DNA from: Longimicrobiales bacterium
GTDB taxonomy: Bacteria > Gemmatimonadota > Gemmatimonadetes > Longimicrobiales > Gaopeijiaceae
Assembly (NCBI GenBank): GCA_965226375.1
Contig: CBDDCX010000008.1
Coordinates: forward strand, 160,001-224,000
Length of the DNA stretch: 64,000 bases
Direction of reading: 5' to 3'
Positions within the stretch are counted from its first letter, which is position 1. Each line of letters starts with the position of its first letter. A model generated the notes under the pieces. It ran no database searches. It saw nothing but the letters and a program-made list of their open reading frames with translations, and was not told where the DNA came from. The position numbers and the translations under genes are program-made. Below, piece after piece: positions 52,765 through 62,931 of this stretch.

Positions 52765-53719
52765 CGCTTCAGACGCTTCTCCCGAATATGCGGTCACCGC
52801 TCGAGATCTGACCTGTCACTTCGGCGACTTCGTGGCCGTGGATCGTGTTTCGTTTGAGGTGCGTTCCGGAGAGATCTTCGGTTTCTTGGGCCCCAACGGG
52901 GCCGGCAAGACGACCACCATCAAGATGCTGACAGGCCTGGTTCCGCCCACCTCAGGTGAGGGTCGAGTCGCGGGCCTCGACGTGGCGACGGAGCGCCGCG
53001 CCATCAAGCGCCGAATCGGCTACATGTCCCAGCTCTTCTCACTTTATGCCGATCTGACTGTAGACGAGAACATCCTCTTCTTTTCGCGGCTCTACGGAAT
53101 TCCGCGAAATCGTCGGAGTGACAGAGCGGACTGGGTGGTCGAGTTGGCGGGACTCACCGAGCACCGAGGGCGGCTGACGGGTGAGCTGCCCCTGGGTTGG
53201 AAACAGAGGCTCGCCCTGGGCTGCGCCGTGCTACACGAGCCACCGGTCCTGTTCCTGGACGAGCCCACGTCGGGGGTGGACCCGATTTCACGTCGAGCGT
53301 TTTGGGACCTGATCCATGGGCTGAGCGACGGTGGGACCACCGCCTTTGTCACGACCCATTACATGGAAGAGGCCGAGTACTGTCACCGGCTCGCCCTGAT
53401 GAATCGGGGACGCCTCATCGCGCTCGACACGGCCGCCGGGCTCCGGGCCGGCATGAGCCTGCCTCTCTTCGAGGTCCGGGCCGATGCGACTCCCCAGGCG
53501 GTGAAGGCCCTGGACGGTGCCGAAGGAATCGTGGACGCCGCCATGTACGGACGGTCCCTACACGTGACCATGGACCGTGCCGATGGTGCCGACGACCGAA
53601 TCCGGTCCCATCTGGCCCGGGCCCGGATCGCGGTGACCGCGGTGGAGCAGATCAAGCCTTCTCTCGAGGACGTATTCGTGGCGCGTGTCCGTGACGAGGG
53701 CGGGGCGAGGAGCTGGTGA
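52751..53719 (+). CDS. ABC transporter ATP-binding subunit (second)
   Basis: GPNGAGKT, degenerate signature LPLGWKQR as in the second domain of YbhF, FLDEPT and TTH motifs. Confidence 0.93.
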   Translation: MKSPDASDASPEYAVTARDLTCHFGDFVAVDRVSFEVRSGEIFGFLGPNGAGKTTTIKMLTGLVPPTSGEGRVAGLDVATERRAIKRRIGYMSQLFSLYADLTVDENILFFSRLYGIPRNRRSDRADWVVELAGLTEHRGRLTGELPLGWKQRLALGCAVLHEPPVLFLDEPTSGVDPISRRAFWDLIHGLSDGGTTAFVTTHYMEEAEYCHRLALMNRGRLIALDTAAGLRAGMSLPLFEVRADATPQAVKALDGAEGIVDAAMYGRSLHVTMDRADGADDRIRSHLARARIAVTAVEQIKPSLEDVFVARVRDEGGARSW

Positions 53720-54840
53720 ACGTGCTGAACGGGACTCGACTCCTGGCCATGGCGCGCAAGGAGACGCTCCACCTGCGCCGCGACTCCAGGAGTCTGCTGC
53801 TTGCCTTTCTCCTGCCGGCTCTCCTCGTGGTGATATTCGGGTACGCCATAACGTGGGACGTCGAAGACATCCGGACCGCCGTACTGGACATGGACGGATC
53901 CAGCCGGAGCAGGGAGTTGCTCGATGCCTTCGAGGTGTCGGGCTACTTCACGGTGGTGCACCGCTTGACCCGGTACGAGCAAGTCGACGATGTGCTGGAC
54001 CGGGGCAGCGCCCTCATCGCCATTGTCATACCACCCGACTTCGCCCGGGATCTCGACGGCGGCCGCTCCGCCGAGCTGCAGGTTCTCGTCGACGGGAGCG
54101 ACGCCAACACGGCGACGATCGCCCTTGGATATGCCCAGGGCATCGTCCGTTCGTTTGCCAGTGGGATCCTGCTTCGAGGCGCCGAGGCCCCCCCGGTGAT
54201 CTGCGCGGAGACCCGAGTCTGGTACAACGAGGAACTGCGGAGCCGGAACATGATCGTTCCGGGGCTCGTGGCGGTCATCATGATGATCAACGCCGCCATG
54301 CTCACCTCGCTCACCATCGCTCGCGAGTGGGAGCGGGGCACCATGGAGCAGCTCGTGTCCACTCCGGTCCATCGGCTCGAGGTGGTCTTGGGCAAGCTGC
54401 TTCCGTACGTAGCCATCGGCATCATCGACGTGGTTCTGGTGAGCGTGATCGGGGTGTTTCTGTTCGACGTTCCCTTCCGGGGCAGCGCCGGCCTCCTGAT
54501 GGTCCTCTCACTCGCCTTCATCGTGGGGGCCTTGGGACTCGGGATGTTCATCTCGGCCGTGGCTCGCTCACAACTCCTCGCCACCCAACTGGCGATGATT
54601 CTCACCTTTCTTCCGGCCTTTCTGCTCTCGGGCTTCATGTTTGCCATCGACGTCATGCCTCCCGCCCTTCAGGCGATCACCTACCTGATCCCCGCCCGCT
54701 ACTTCCTCGTGGTCACCAGAGGACTGTTCCTGAAGGGTGTGGGCGTCGAGGTACTGGCTACCGAGGGCCTGCTCATGATCGCATTCGCCGCCCTGGGCAT
54801 TTTCGGTGCGACGCGAGCGTTCCGGAAGGAGCTCGAGTGA
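53716..54840 (+). CDS. ABC-2 permease (YbhS-like)
   Basis: RKE...RD, DGSD.N.A, REWERGTME and LLSGF motifs. Confidence 0.92.
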   Translation: MNVLNGTRLLAMARKETLHLRRDSRSLLLAFLLPALLVVIFGYAITWDVEDIRTAVLDMDGSSRSRELLDAFEVSGYFTVVHRLTRYEQVDDVLDRGSALIAIVIPPDFARDLDGGRSAELQVLVDGSDANTATIALGYAQGIVRSFASGILLRGAEAPPVICAETRVWYNEELRSRNMIVPGLVAVIMMINAAMLTSLTIAREWERGTMEQLVSTPVHRLEVVLGKLLPYVAIGIIDVVLVSVIGVFLFDVPFRGSAGLLMVLSLAFIVGALGLGMFISAVARSQLLATQLAMILTFLPAFLLSGFMFAIDVMPPALQAITYLIPARYFLVVTRGLFLKGVGVEVLATEGLLMIAFAALGIFGATRAFRKELE

Positions 54841-55979
54841 CAAGCCTGACCTACACCCTCGAGCGAGTGGCCGGCTCTGTGGAACGTGTGTTCGGCGTCC
54901 TGGCCAAAGAGTTCCGGCATGTGTTCCGAGACCCGCGCATGGCACGCGTGATCTTCGTGGCGCCCATCGTACAGCTCGTGGCGTTCGGGTATGCCGTATC
55001 CACCGACCTCAACGACACACCCACCTTCGTGGTCGATCACGACAACACGCGAGAGTCGCGGGAGTTGCTCTCGGCTCTGACGGCTTCCGGTTACTTCGAG
55101 ATCTCAGGTCGCTCGGAGTCTCCTCGAGATCTCGTCCGCGCCCTCGACCGAGGAGACGCGATTCTGGGTGTGGAGATCCCCAGAGGATATGCGGAGGCGT
55201 GGTTGGGGGCGGGTGGCGCACGGATCCAGGTGCTCCTCGACGGGACGAACTCCAACACGGCGGCCACAGCTCAGGGGTATATCACTCGCATCATCGAGGG
55301 GCGTTCGGCGGAACGGCACATGTCCGGGTTGCCGCCTCCGGTTGATCTCCGGGAAAGGGCCTGGTACAACCCGGAATTGGCCAGCCGTAACTACAACGTG
55401 CCCGCCGTGGTCGGGACCCTCATCATGCTCGTCTGCCTTCTCCTGACCTCGCTGGCCGTGGTACGCGAGCGCGAGATCGGCACGCTGGAGCAGCTCAAGG
55501 TCAGTCCCCTTACAGCCGGAGAGCTTATCGCCGGTAAGACGTTGCCATTCGCGATCATCGGGATGGGGGACATGGTCCTGGTGACGACGGTTGCGGTTCT
55601 ATGGTTCGACGTCCCGCTCCGCGGCAGCCTCCCCCTTCTGTTTTTCGCCAGCATTCTCTATGTCGTGGCGGGGTTGGGAATGGGTCTACTGATCTCCACG
55701 GTGTCCAAGACACAGCAGGAGGCCTTCATGGGTACGTTCCTGGTGTTCATGCCGGCCCTGCTTCTGTCCGGGTTCATGTTTCCCGTGTCGAGCATGCCGA
55801 AGATCTTCCAAGAGATCACCGTCGTGAACCCGGTCCGGCACTATCTCGAGATCGTGCGGGCCATCTTCTTGAAAGGGACCGGCATCGAGGTGCTGTGGCC
55901 GCAGTTCCTCGCCCTCGCGATCTTGGGCGTTGTCCTTTTGACCCTGGCGACCCTACGCTTCCGGCGAGAGGTCTCGTAG
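54837..55979 (+). CDS. ABC-2 permease (YbhR-like)
   Basis: KEF...RD, DGTNSN, REREIGTLEQL and LLSGFMFP motifs. Confidence 0.92.
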   Translation: MTSLTYTLERVAGSVERVFGVLAKEFRHVFRDPRMARVIFVAPIVQLVAFGYAVSTDLNDTPTFVVDHDNTRESRELLSALTASGYFEISGRSESPRDLVRALDRGDAILGVEIPRGYAEAWLGAGGARIQVLLDGTNSNTAATAQGYITRIIEGRSAERHMSGLPPPVDLRERAWYNPELASRNYNVPAVVGTLIMLVCLLLTSLAVVREREIGTLEQLKVSPLTAGELIAGKTLPFAIIGMGDMVLVTTVAVLWFDVPLRGSLPLLFFASILYVVAGLGMGLLISTVSKTQQEAFMGTFLVFMPALLLSGFMFPVSSMPKIFQEITVVNPVRHYLEIVRAIFLKGTGIEVLWPQFLALAILGVVLLTLATLRFRREVS

Positions 55980-55985
55980 CGCCGG

Positions 55986-56044
55986 TCCGGCCTCGGTCCA
56001 GCCCAGATCCAGCCTCGTTCCAGCGCTGGTCCAGCCCAGATCCA
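55986..56044. repeat. Intergenic tandem 11-bp degenerate repeat (5 copies plus a partial)
   Basis: TCCGGCCTCGG TCCAGCCCAGA TCCAGCCTCGT TCCAGCGCTGG TCCAGCCCAGA TCCA. Confidence 0.7.
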
Positions 56045-56211
56045 TGCGCGAATCGGCCCAAACACACAGCCGGAATCGCCGTGCTTCCGAACGGGGGTCG
56101 GTGGACCTTCTAAACACTCGCCCACGGCGGTTCCCACGCGTATCTTGCTTCCCGGGCGGGCGGAGGACCGCCTCTTTTCTTCCGTTGGATTCATGTAAGG
56201 GGGTTAGCTCC

Positions 56212-56847
56212 ATGAGCGACGTCGAGATCATCGGCACTCCGGAGCGCAGGGTCTCCAGACGAACGTTCATCATGGGTGTCATCGCCACTGGGGCGACGAC
56301 CTCTTCGGTGGGCTATCTGTTCAGGGGATCGAAGCCGTTACTCGGTGCCATGCCGGTTCAAGGCTCGGTGGAACGGCTGGTGACGCTCAACGTGAACGGG
56401 CAGCAACGTCGTGTAGACGTGCTGAAGCAGGAAACGCTGGCCATGACGCTGCGCTACAAGCTTGGACTCACGGGCACCAAACTCGGATGCGATCGCGCGG
56501 AGTGCGGGGCCTGTACGGTGCTGATCGACGGCGTGCCGAGTTATGCATGCTCGGTGCTGACGCAGACCGTCCGTGGACAGGAGATCACCACCATCGAGGG
56601 ACTGGAGAGCGATGACGGAACGCTCCATCCGGTCCAGCAAGCCGTCATGGACGAGGGTGGCTTCCAGTGCGCCTTCTGCGCCCCCGGCTTCATCATGAGC
56701 ATGGTGGCCATGGTCGAGGCCAACCCGAACCCCACCAAGGAAGAAGCGGCGCACGCTCTCTCCGGTAATCTCTGTCGCTGCGCCGACTACAATAAGATCC
56801 TGACTTCCGCCATGCGTGCTGCCGAGTACTCTCGGCAGCGGGCTTAG
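56212..56847 (+). CDS. [2Fe-2S] subunit of a xanthine-dehydrogenase-family enzyme with a Tat signal (PaoA-like)
   Basis: SRRTFI twin-arginine motif; GCDRAECGAC, QCAFC and NLCRC motifs. Confidence 0.9.
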   Translation: MSDVEIIGTPERRVSRRTFIMGVIATGATTSSVGYLFRGSKPLLGAMPVQGSVERLVTLNVNGQQRRVDVLKQETLAMTLRYKLGLTGTKLGCDRAECGACTVLIDGVPSYACSVLTQTVRGQEITTIEGLESDDGTLHPVQQAVMDEGGFQCAFCAPGFIMSMVAMVEANPNPTKEEAAHALSGNLCRCADYNKILTSAMRAAEYSRQRA

Positions 56848-56856
56848 GAGCGCATC

Positions 56857-59253
56857 ATGGCCGACAAACTGGTAGGACAGGACATCGCCGCTCCCGATCT
56901 CCGGGCCAAGATCACAGGACGGGCCAAGTATGCGGAAGACTTCAGAGCCGACGGCATGGTGTTCGCCAAGCTCCTGTTGAGTCCCATGCCTCACTGTCGG
57001 GTCCGGCGCATCGACGCGAGCGCCGCGCTTGCCATGGAAGGCGTGGTGGGCATCCTCACCGCCGAAGACGTGCCAGCGGTCGACGCCCCGGGCGAGGCGT
57101 GTCTCACCATGGAGCCGCACTACGAAGGAGAGCCCATCCTCGCGGTGGCGGCGGTGGACGAGACCACAGCCGCGGATGCGATCGAAGCGATCAAGATCGA
57201 CTTCGAGCCCCTGCCGTTCGTGTTGAATCCGCTCGACAGCCTGAGGCCTAACGGACCGAACGCCCGTCTCGACGGCAACACGAGGGTCGCTCGGGAGCTT
57301 GCCACCATCAAGTGGACGGAAGAGGACTTCGCAAACGCTCCCGAAGGGACCATGCCCATGGGCGAGGCCGGGGCCGAGTGGAGCGTCGGAGACATAGAGG
57401 CCGGCTTTGCGGAAGCCGAGCTGATCATCGACGAGACCATGACGCACCAGTCGCTCACGCATCACCCGCTCGAGCCTCGCACCACGATGGCGTACTGGCA
57501 GAACGGCAAGCTCTACATGCACACGTCCACGCAGAGTCTGGCGAGGACGCGAGCGGCCGTGGCCGGCAGGCTCGCCATGGACATGGAGGACGTGGTGCTC
57601 GTGGGTGAGTTCTGCGGAGGTGGTTTCGGAAGCAAGATCTCGGGTAATACACACATGCTGATCCCCGCGGTCTTCTCCCAGAAGATCAACCGCCCGGTGA
57701 TGATGCGGATCAACCGGTACGAGGAGAGTTACATCGGCCGGGCTCGCCCCGGCTTCCAGGCTCAGGTCAAGATCGGCTTCCGGGCCGACGGCCGCATCAC
57801 GGCCATGGATATGTACATCCTGAACGATGGCGGACCGTATGGCGGCTCCGGCGACAATATGTCGGCGGGCTCTACGGCTTCTCTTACCTACACGCCGCTC
57901 AACCAGCGGCACCGCGGGGTCGGGGTCTACACCAATACGCCCCCGAAGGCGGCTCAGCGAGGGCCCGGCGGCGCTCAGATCATCGGGATGCTCGAGCCGC
58001 TCATGGACAAGGCGGCCCGGGAGCTCGGAATAGATCGACTCGAGCTCAGGCGCATCAACGCGCCTGGTGCTGACGTGGAGTTCGGGCCTCGCCAGAGCAC
58101 GCTCACGAGCGTCTTCGTCAAGGAGGCTATCGACAAGGGCTCCGAGATGTTCGGATGGGAAGAGAGGATCGCCAGGAGCGGGCAGCGCAACGGTTCCAAG
58201 GTGACCGGAATCGGCGTCGGGGTCAGCCCGTATACTGCCGGCAGTTCGGGTTTCGACGGGTTGCTGGTCATTCGGCCCGATGGAAAGGTTTACATCCACC
58301 AGGGAATCGGGAATCTGGGAACCCACTCCGTCGCCGACACGGCGAGGGCGGCCGCCGATGTTCTCGGAGTCGCGTGGGACGATGTCGAGATCGTATGGGG
58401 TGACACGAGCCGCCACGTGCCGTGGAGCTCGGTGCAGGCCGGGAGTCAGACCACGTTCGCCCACACGAGGGCGAACCATGCCGTTGGGACGGCTGCCAAG
58501 CGGCTGCTCCAGGAGATCGCGGCCCGCGATCTGGGCGGTTCCGCCGGGGACTACGATACGGCCGACGGGCGGGTCTTCCGTCGATCGAGTCCCTCTACGG
58601 GTATGAGCTTCGCTCGTGCCGCGACCCGCGCCATGGAATTGGGTGGGCGGTACAGTGGAGGGGAGGTCGACGACGACCTCAACGACATGACCAAGGCCGC
58701 TGCCGCAGGACTGGCCGGCCAGGGTCTCGTGGCCGCCGCCAAGGACAACTACCCCCGCGAAGGTGGAGTCCAGTCCTGGGTTGTGGGCTTCGCCGAGGTG
58801 GAGCTGGACGTCGAGACCGGAGTGGTGGACATCATTCACTACACTGCGGTGGCGGACTGTGGCACCATCCTGCACCCTCGCAGTCTTGGTGGACAGATCC
58901 TCGGTGGCTCCATCCAGGGTATGGGAATTGCCATGAGTCAGAAGTGGGTCTTCGATCCCGTCTGGGGTGTCTCCTTCGCCAAACGCCTCTACACCGCTCG
59001 ACCACCCGGAATGCTCGACGTGCCCATCGACATGCAATGGTCCGCCGTGGAGATTCCCGATCCGCAGACACCGGTCGGTGCAAAAGGGATCGGGGAGCCG
59101 TGTGTAGGGGCTGGTTCAGCCGCTCTGACATCAGCCGTTGCCGACGCGCTCGGCGGGAACTGTTTGTGTCGCACGCCGCTGACGGCGGACGTCCTTCTCG
59201 CAGAAATCGAGGGACGCCCGTCGGCGTACGGCCCCCTCGAGCTTCACGTCTAA
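56857..59253 (+). CDS. Xanthine-dehydrogenase-family molybdopterin-binding subunit
   Basis: KITGRAKY, STQ, GGGFGSK, AQRGPG, AGSQT and AKGIGE motifs. Confidence 0.92.
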   Translation: MADKLVGQDIAAPDLRAKITGRAKYAEDFRADGMVFAKLLLSPMPHCRVRRIDASAALAMEGVVGILTAEDVPAVDAPGEACLTMEPHYEGEPILAVAAVDETTAADAIEAIKIDFEPLPFVLNPLDSLRPNGPNARLDGNTRVARELATIKWTEEDFANAPEGTMPMGEAGAEWSVGDIEAGFAEAELIIDETMTHQSLTHHPLEPRTTMAYWQNGKLYMHTSTQSLARTRAAVAGRLAMDMEDVVLVGEFCGGGFGSKISGNTHMLIPAVFSQKINRPVMMRINRYEESYIGRARPGFQAQVKIGFRADGRITAMDMYILNDGGPYGGSGDNMSAGSTASLTYTPLNQRHRGVGVYTNTPPKAAQRGPGGAQIIGMLEPLMDKAARELGIDRLELRRINAPGADVEFGPRQSTLTSVFVKEAIDKGSEMFGWEERIARSGQRNGSKVTGIGVGVSPYTAGSSGFDGLLVIRPDGKVYIHQGIGNLGTHSVADTARAAADVLGVAWDDVEIVWGDTSRHVPWSSVQAGSQTTFAHTRANHAVGTAAKRLLQEIAARDLGGSAGDYDTADGRVFRRSSPSTGMSFARAATRAMELGGRYSGGEVDDDLNDMTKAAAAGLAGQGLVAAAKDNYPREGGVQSWVVGFAEVELDVETGVVDIIHYTAVADCGTILHPRSLGGQILGGSIQGMGIAMSQKWVFDPVWGVSFAKRLYTARPPGMLDVPIDMQWSAVEIPDPQTPVGAKGIGEPCVGAGSAALTSAVADALGGNCLCRTPLTADVLLAEIEGRPSAYGPLELHV

Positions 59254-59268
59254 AGGGAGAAACGAATC

Positions 59269-60270
59269 ATGGCGGTCATCAGAGACATGATCCCGGCGTT
59301 CGAGCTCTTCCAGCCGACGAACGTTGAGGATGCCATTAACCTGTTGGATCAGTACGGTGAGGACGGTTGGGTGTTGTCAGGCGGCTTGGACAGCTTCGAC
59401 TGGTTCAAGGACCGCATCAAGCGGCCCGTCGCCGTCGTAGATCTCGTCAATCTGGACGCACTCCGTGGAGTGCGAACCACGGATGACGGCGTCGAGATCG
59501 GGGCGCTGACCACGATCACTGAGGTCGCCACCAACACGGAGTTGATGTCGAGCTACAGTGTGCTCACCGATGCCGCGTCCGGTGTCGCGACTCCGCAGAT
59601 CCGGAACCGGGGCACCTTGGGCGGCAACCTCTCGCAGGACACGCGCTGCTGGTACTACCGGGGTGGATGGCCCTGCTACCGGGCCGGCGGCAACACGTGC
59701 TACGCGTCGGCACCTACGGCCATGAACCGGGAGCACTGCATCCTGGGTTCGAGCCGTTGCGTCGCCGTGAACCCCTCGGATACGTCGTCCGCTCTTATCG
59801 CTCTCGATGCCCAGTTCGTCATCCAGGGGCCACGTGGAGAGCGCGTCGTCGATGCGGAGGACTTCTTCATGCGGCCCAGCGTCGACATCGAGCGCATGAC
59901 GGTCCTGAAGCCGGGAGAGTTGCTGACGGCGATCCGTCTGCCCGCGCGGTGGGCCGGGGCTCGCTTCTATTACGAGAAGGTGGAGGATCGTAAAGCCTGG
60001 GACTTTGCGCTGATGACGGTTGCGTCGGCCATGCGGATGAACGGGGACGTGATCGAAGAGGCGCGCCTGGCGGTGAACGGCGTCGCTCCTTACCCGGTTC
60101 GGCTCGCTACCACCGAGTCGCTGATCCAGGGGCAGGTACCATCCGATGCATTGGGAGCCCAGGCGGGCCTCCTCGCCGTCGAGAAGGCCCAACCGCTGAG
60201 ACACAACGATTTCAAGGTCCCCTTGATGCGAAACCTGGTCCGTAGGGCCGTCCGCGGAGCGGAGGGTTAG
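59269..60270 (+). CDS. FAD-binding subunit with a [4Fe-4S] insertion (PaoB/HcrB-like)
   Basis: [21 protein letters not shown]...C..AGG..C...C..V.PSD pattern. Confidence 0.9.
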   Translation: MAVIRDMIPAFELFQPTNVEDAINLLDQYGEDGWVLSGGLDSFDWFKDRIKRPVAVVDLVNLDALRGVRTTDDGVEIGALTTITEVATNTELMSSYSVLTDAASGVATPQIRNRGTLGGNLSQDTRCWYYRGGWPCYRAGGNTCYASAPTAMNREHCILGSSRCVAVNPSDTSSALIALDAQFVIQGPRGERVVDAEDFFMRPSVDIERMTVLKPGELLTAIRLPARWAGARFYYEKVEDRKAWDFALMTVASAMRMNGDVIEEARLAVNGVAPYPVRLATTESLIQGQVPSDALGAQAGLLAVEKAQPLRHNDFKVPLMRNLVRRAVRGAEG

Positions 60271-60272
60271 GC

Positions 60273-61193
60273 ATGGAGCTATGGCGACGGGCGGTTAATC
60301 CGTGGAATCAGGAGGTCTTGATCGGAGTGTCATGGGACCTCATGTGGGCTGCGATCGTCGCGGGAGCGGGTTTCGTGGTACTGCACGCTTTGTGGGCGCG
60401 CTTCTTGGCACCGGCCGCTGCGGCATCGTCCGATGACCCGAGTTCGGGCCTCCCGAGCCGGATTTTGCGGCATGCGCTGTCCGAGAGGGTCTTCCACGGG
60501 CTCATGGCGGCGGCCATGCTCGTGCTGCTCGTCACCGCGTTCTTACCGGTGTTGGGGATCCAGTTTGCCTGGGTGACGATTCACTGGGTGGCTGGTGTGA
60601 TTCTCACCGCGCTCATCGTCTACCACGTGATCCACGCCACGTGCAGGCAGGACCTGTGGGCCATGTGGATCGACAAGGCCGACATCAAGGCCGGCGTGGC
60701 GGAGCTCAAGCACATCCTGGGGAATCATGATGACGAGGTTCCCAAGGCCGGCAAGTATCCTATCGACCACATCCTGTTCCATCATAGCGCGGCCGTGACG
60801 GGTCTGGTGGCCATCGCCACCGGTGTGTTGATGATGCTCCGGTTGGAGACTCCGTTCTGGACGGCGAACCCGTACATGCTCGCCGACAGCTCATGGGGCG
60901 TGATCTACGTGCTTCATGGTCTGTCGGGAGTCGGGTTGATCGCCCTGACCATTACACACATCTACTTCGCCATACGTCCGGACAAGTGGTGGATCACCAA
61001 GTCGATGATCTACGGATGGATTCCCAGGAGCGAGTATCTGGGGACCCACGATCCCGCCCGATGGGTCGTCACGGGTGGAGGCGAGGGTGCGGATGAGCCC
61101 GAGTTGGTGTCGGCCGGGGTTGCACACGAGTCGGCCGGCGGGGCGACGGGCGAAGAAGAGAGCAACCCGTTCGATGCAGGAGCGGCTTCCTGA
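60273..61193 (+). CDS. Di-heme cytochrome b subunit (FdnI-like)
   Basis: RH...ER.FH, IHW..G, GKY, LHG and HIY motifs with TM helices. Confidence 0.85.
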   Translation: MELWRRAVNPWNQEVLIGVSWDLMWAAIVAGAGFVVLHALWARFLAPAAAASSDDPSSGLPSRILRHALSERVFHGLMAAAMLVLLVTAFLPVLGIQFAWVTIHWVAGVILTALIVYHVIHATCRQDLWAMWIDKADIKAGVAELKHILGNHDDEVPKAGKYPIDHILFHHSAAVTGLVAIATGVLMMLRLETPFWTANPYMLADSSWGVIYVLHGLSGVGLIALTITHIYFAIRPDKWWITKSMIYGWIPRSEYLGTHDPARWVVTGGGEGADEPELVSAGVAHESAGGATGEEESNPFDAGAAS

Positions 61194-61194
61194 A

Positions 61195-61596
61195 GTGACG
61201 GTCGACGATCTCAGGAAGCACATCGATACGATCGAGGAGAGCTACGAGTTCTTCCTCGCTTATGCCGCCCAGGGATTATCCGGTGACGGCAGCAGTGCCT
61301 CGGGTGGAGAACTGCGAGAGTACCTGACCCGGACCGACGGAGCGCTCGGTGCTCTCGTGGACGAGATGGCTGGCGTAGTGGACGGGTTGGAGCCTGCCGA
61401 TGCCCATCGAGACATGGGAAGGGTCATCGAGAGGGACGCGGGTGATGCGCGTGCGGCGGTTGGACTCGTGATGGCGCAGCCCGCCATCAGTTCGCAACTC
61501 ATCGACAATCTGAACGCGTCGATCCACTTCCGGGCGCTCCTGACCGACCTCTTTCTTTTCGACGAGGTTCTGAAGAGTTCAGCCCGGGAAGGTTGA
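61195..61596 (+). CDS. Helical hypothetical protein in the molybdoenzyme operon
   Basis: GTG 2 bp after the cytochrome b stop; IEESYEFFLAYAAQG and SSQLIDNLNASIH.RALLTDLFL segments. Confidence 0.75.
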   Translation: MTVDDLRKHIDTIEESYEFFLAYAAQGLSGDGSSASGGELREYLTRTDGALGALVDEMAGVVDGLEPADAHRDMGRVIERDAGDARAAVGLVMAQPAISSQLIDNLNASIHFRALLTDLFLFDEVLKSSAREG

Positions 61597-61614
61597 GCGC
61601 AAAAAGTGCAAGGC

Positions 61615-62931
61615 ATGTCTAAGCACGTGTGGCTCAGAGTTCTTTGCATTGCCGGGATGACCGTCGCCTGCGATTCCTCACCTTCTCCCGACGCGGGGCC
61701 GGCCGAGACCGAGCGGGCGATCCGGGACGACGGCATTCTGCGACTGGCGGCCATCAACCTCGGCCTCAACGCGAACCAACCCGACGTCAGGGAGCGCCAG
61801 GATCTCTACCTTTCGACCAAGCCCGGCACGGATCATTCCCACCTCGTGGATGCCACCGAGGGCTTCGACCTCATGTGCACCAACGAGATGTACACATGGA
61901 GCGAGGAAGACTCCTACGTGGTGATGGTCGAAGATCTCAGCTCGGTGTTTCCGTATCAGCTCAAGGGCGCGGCCTCGAGTGACCTGTCGGGCTGTGCCTG
62001 TGACCAGGAGGACTGGGCCGCATACGTCGAACCGTTCAGGGAGTGCGTACGTGAAGACCCACAGCGGGACCTTCTGACCTGTTTCAATGCCCCGATCACT
62101 CAGATGGGGCAGGGAGACGAGCAGTGGAGTCCGTGGCGTTGCACTCGCTGTTTAACCGCGACGGTACTGAAGACGTTCATCGACTATACACTGCCCCTCG
62201 AGGAGCAGCAGGCTCTGGTCGACGATATGGACTTCTCGACGTGCCAGGGTGAGCCTGTGCTCGCCCAGTGCCCGAACTGTGAGGGCAAGTCCGGCGTGGC
62301 GATCCACTCCAAGTACCCGATCGTCGAAGAGGACAGGATGACGTTCCCGTTCAGCTGGAGTTCGACTCGCGGAGTGCTCTACGCCAAGATCGACCATCCG
62401 AGTGGGCCGATCCACGCATTCTGCTCCCACATCGCAGAGTCTGGCACGGCCAAGTTCCGGTACCCCGGCTTCGAGGAGATCACCGGCAGCGAAGATGAGA
62501 ATCTTCAGCATATCCGCTGGACGATGGAATACATGGACTCGAAGGACATTCCGGCCGACGAGACCACGCTCTTCATGGGCGACGTCAATGTCGGTCCTGA
62601 CGGCGGCGAGCGTTACTTCCCGGATTTTCCCGACAACTTTGCCGCGTTTACCGACGCGGGGTACGTCTCGCTCGTTCACCAAGACGAGGGGCCCTGCACG
62701 GAGTGTGCCGACAACCCACTCTTCGTGGCCCAAAACGCGCAGTGGGACAATCCGGCCATTCCCAACCAGACGACCCATCTCCTGATGCGGGGTGGCCCCT
62801 GGCAGATCGTCCCGGGGTCGTCAGACAACTTCATGACTGAGGATGTGACGCTCCGAGACGGCGAAGTGACCAAGTGGTCGGACAAGTACGGTATGAGTGT
62901 CGATCTGAGGCTGACCGACCTACAGCGGTAG
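61615..62931 (+). CDS. Cys-rich endonuclease/exonuclease/phosphatase-fold lipoprotein
   Basis: Lipobox-like TVAC; AIN, CTNE, GVAIHSKYPI, RGVLYA, SH, MGDVN and terminal SDKYG motifs. Confidence 0.72.
   Translation: MSKHVWLRVLCIAGMTVACDSSPSPDAGPAETERAIRDDGILRLAAINLGLNANQPDVRERQDLYLSTKPGTDHSHLVDATEGFDLMCTNEMYTWSEEDSYVVMVEDLSSVFPYQLKGAASSDLSGCACDQEDWAAYVEPFRECVREDPQRDLLTCFNAPITQMGQGDEQWSPWRCTRCLTATVLKTFIDYTLPLEEQQALVDDMDFSTCQGEPVLAQCPNCEGKSGVAIHSKYPIVEEDRMTFPFSWSSTRGVLYAKIDHPSGPIHAFCSHIAESGTAKFRYPGFEEITGSEDENLQHIRWTMEYMDSKDIPADETTLFMGDVNVGPDGGERYFPDFPDNFAAFTDAGYVSLVHQDEGPCTECADNPLFVAQNAQWDNPAIPNQTTHLLMRGGPWQIVPGSSDNFMTEDVTLRDGEVTKWSDKYGMSVDLRLTDLQR

Noticed and set aside
56338..59037. 899-aa ORF on the minus strand
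   Set aside because: Antisense shadow of the molybdoenzyme genes, expected from high-GC codon bias; no recognisable motifs. The same applies to most other overlapping ORFs in the track.
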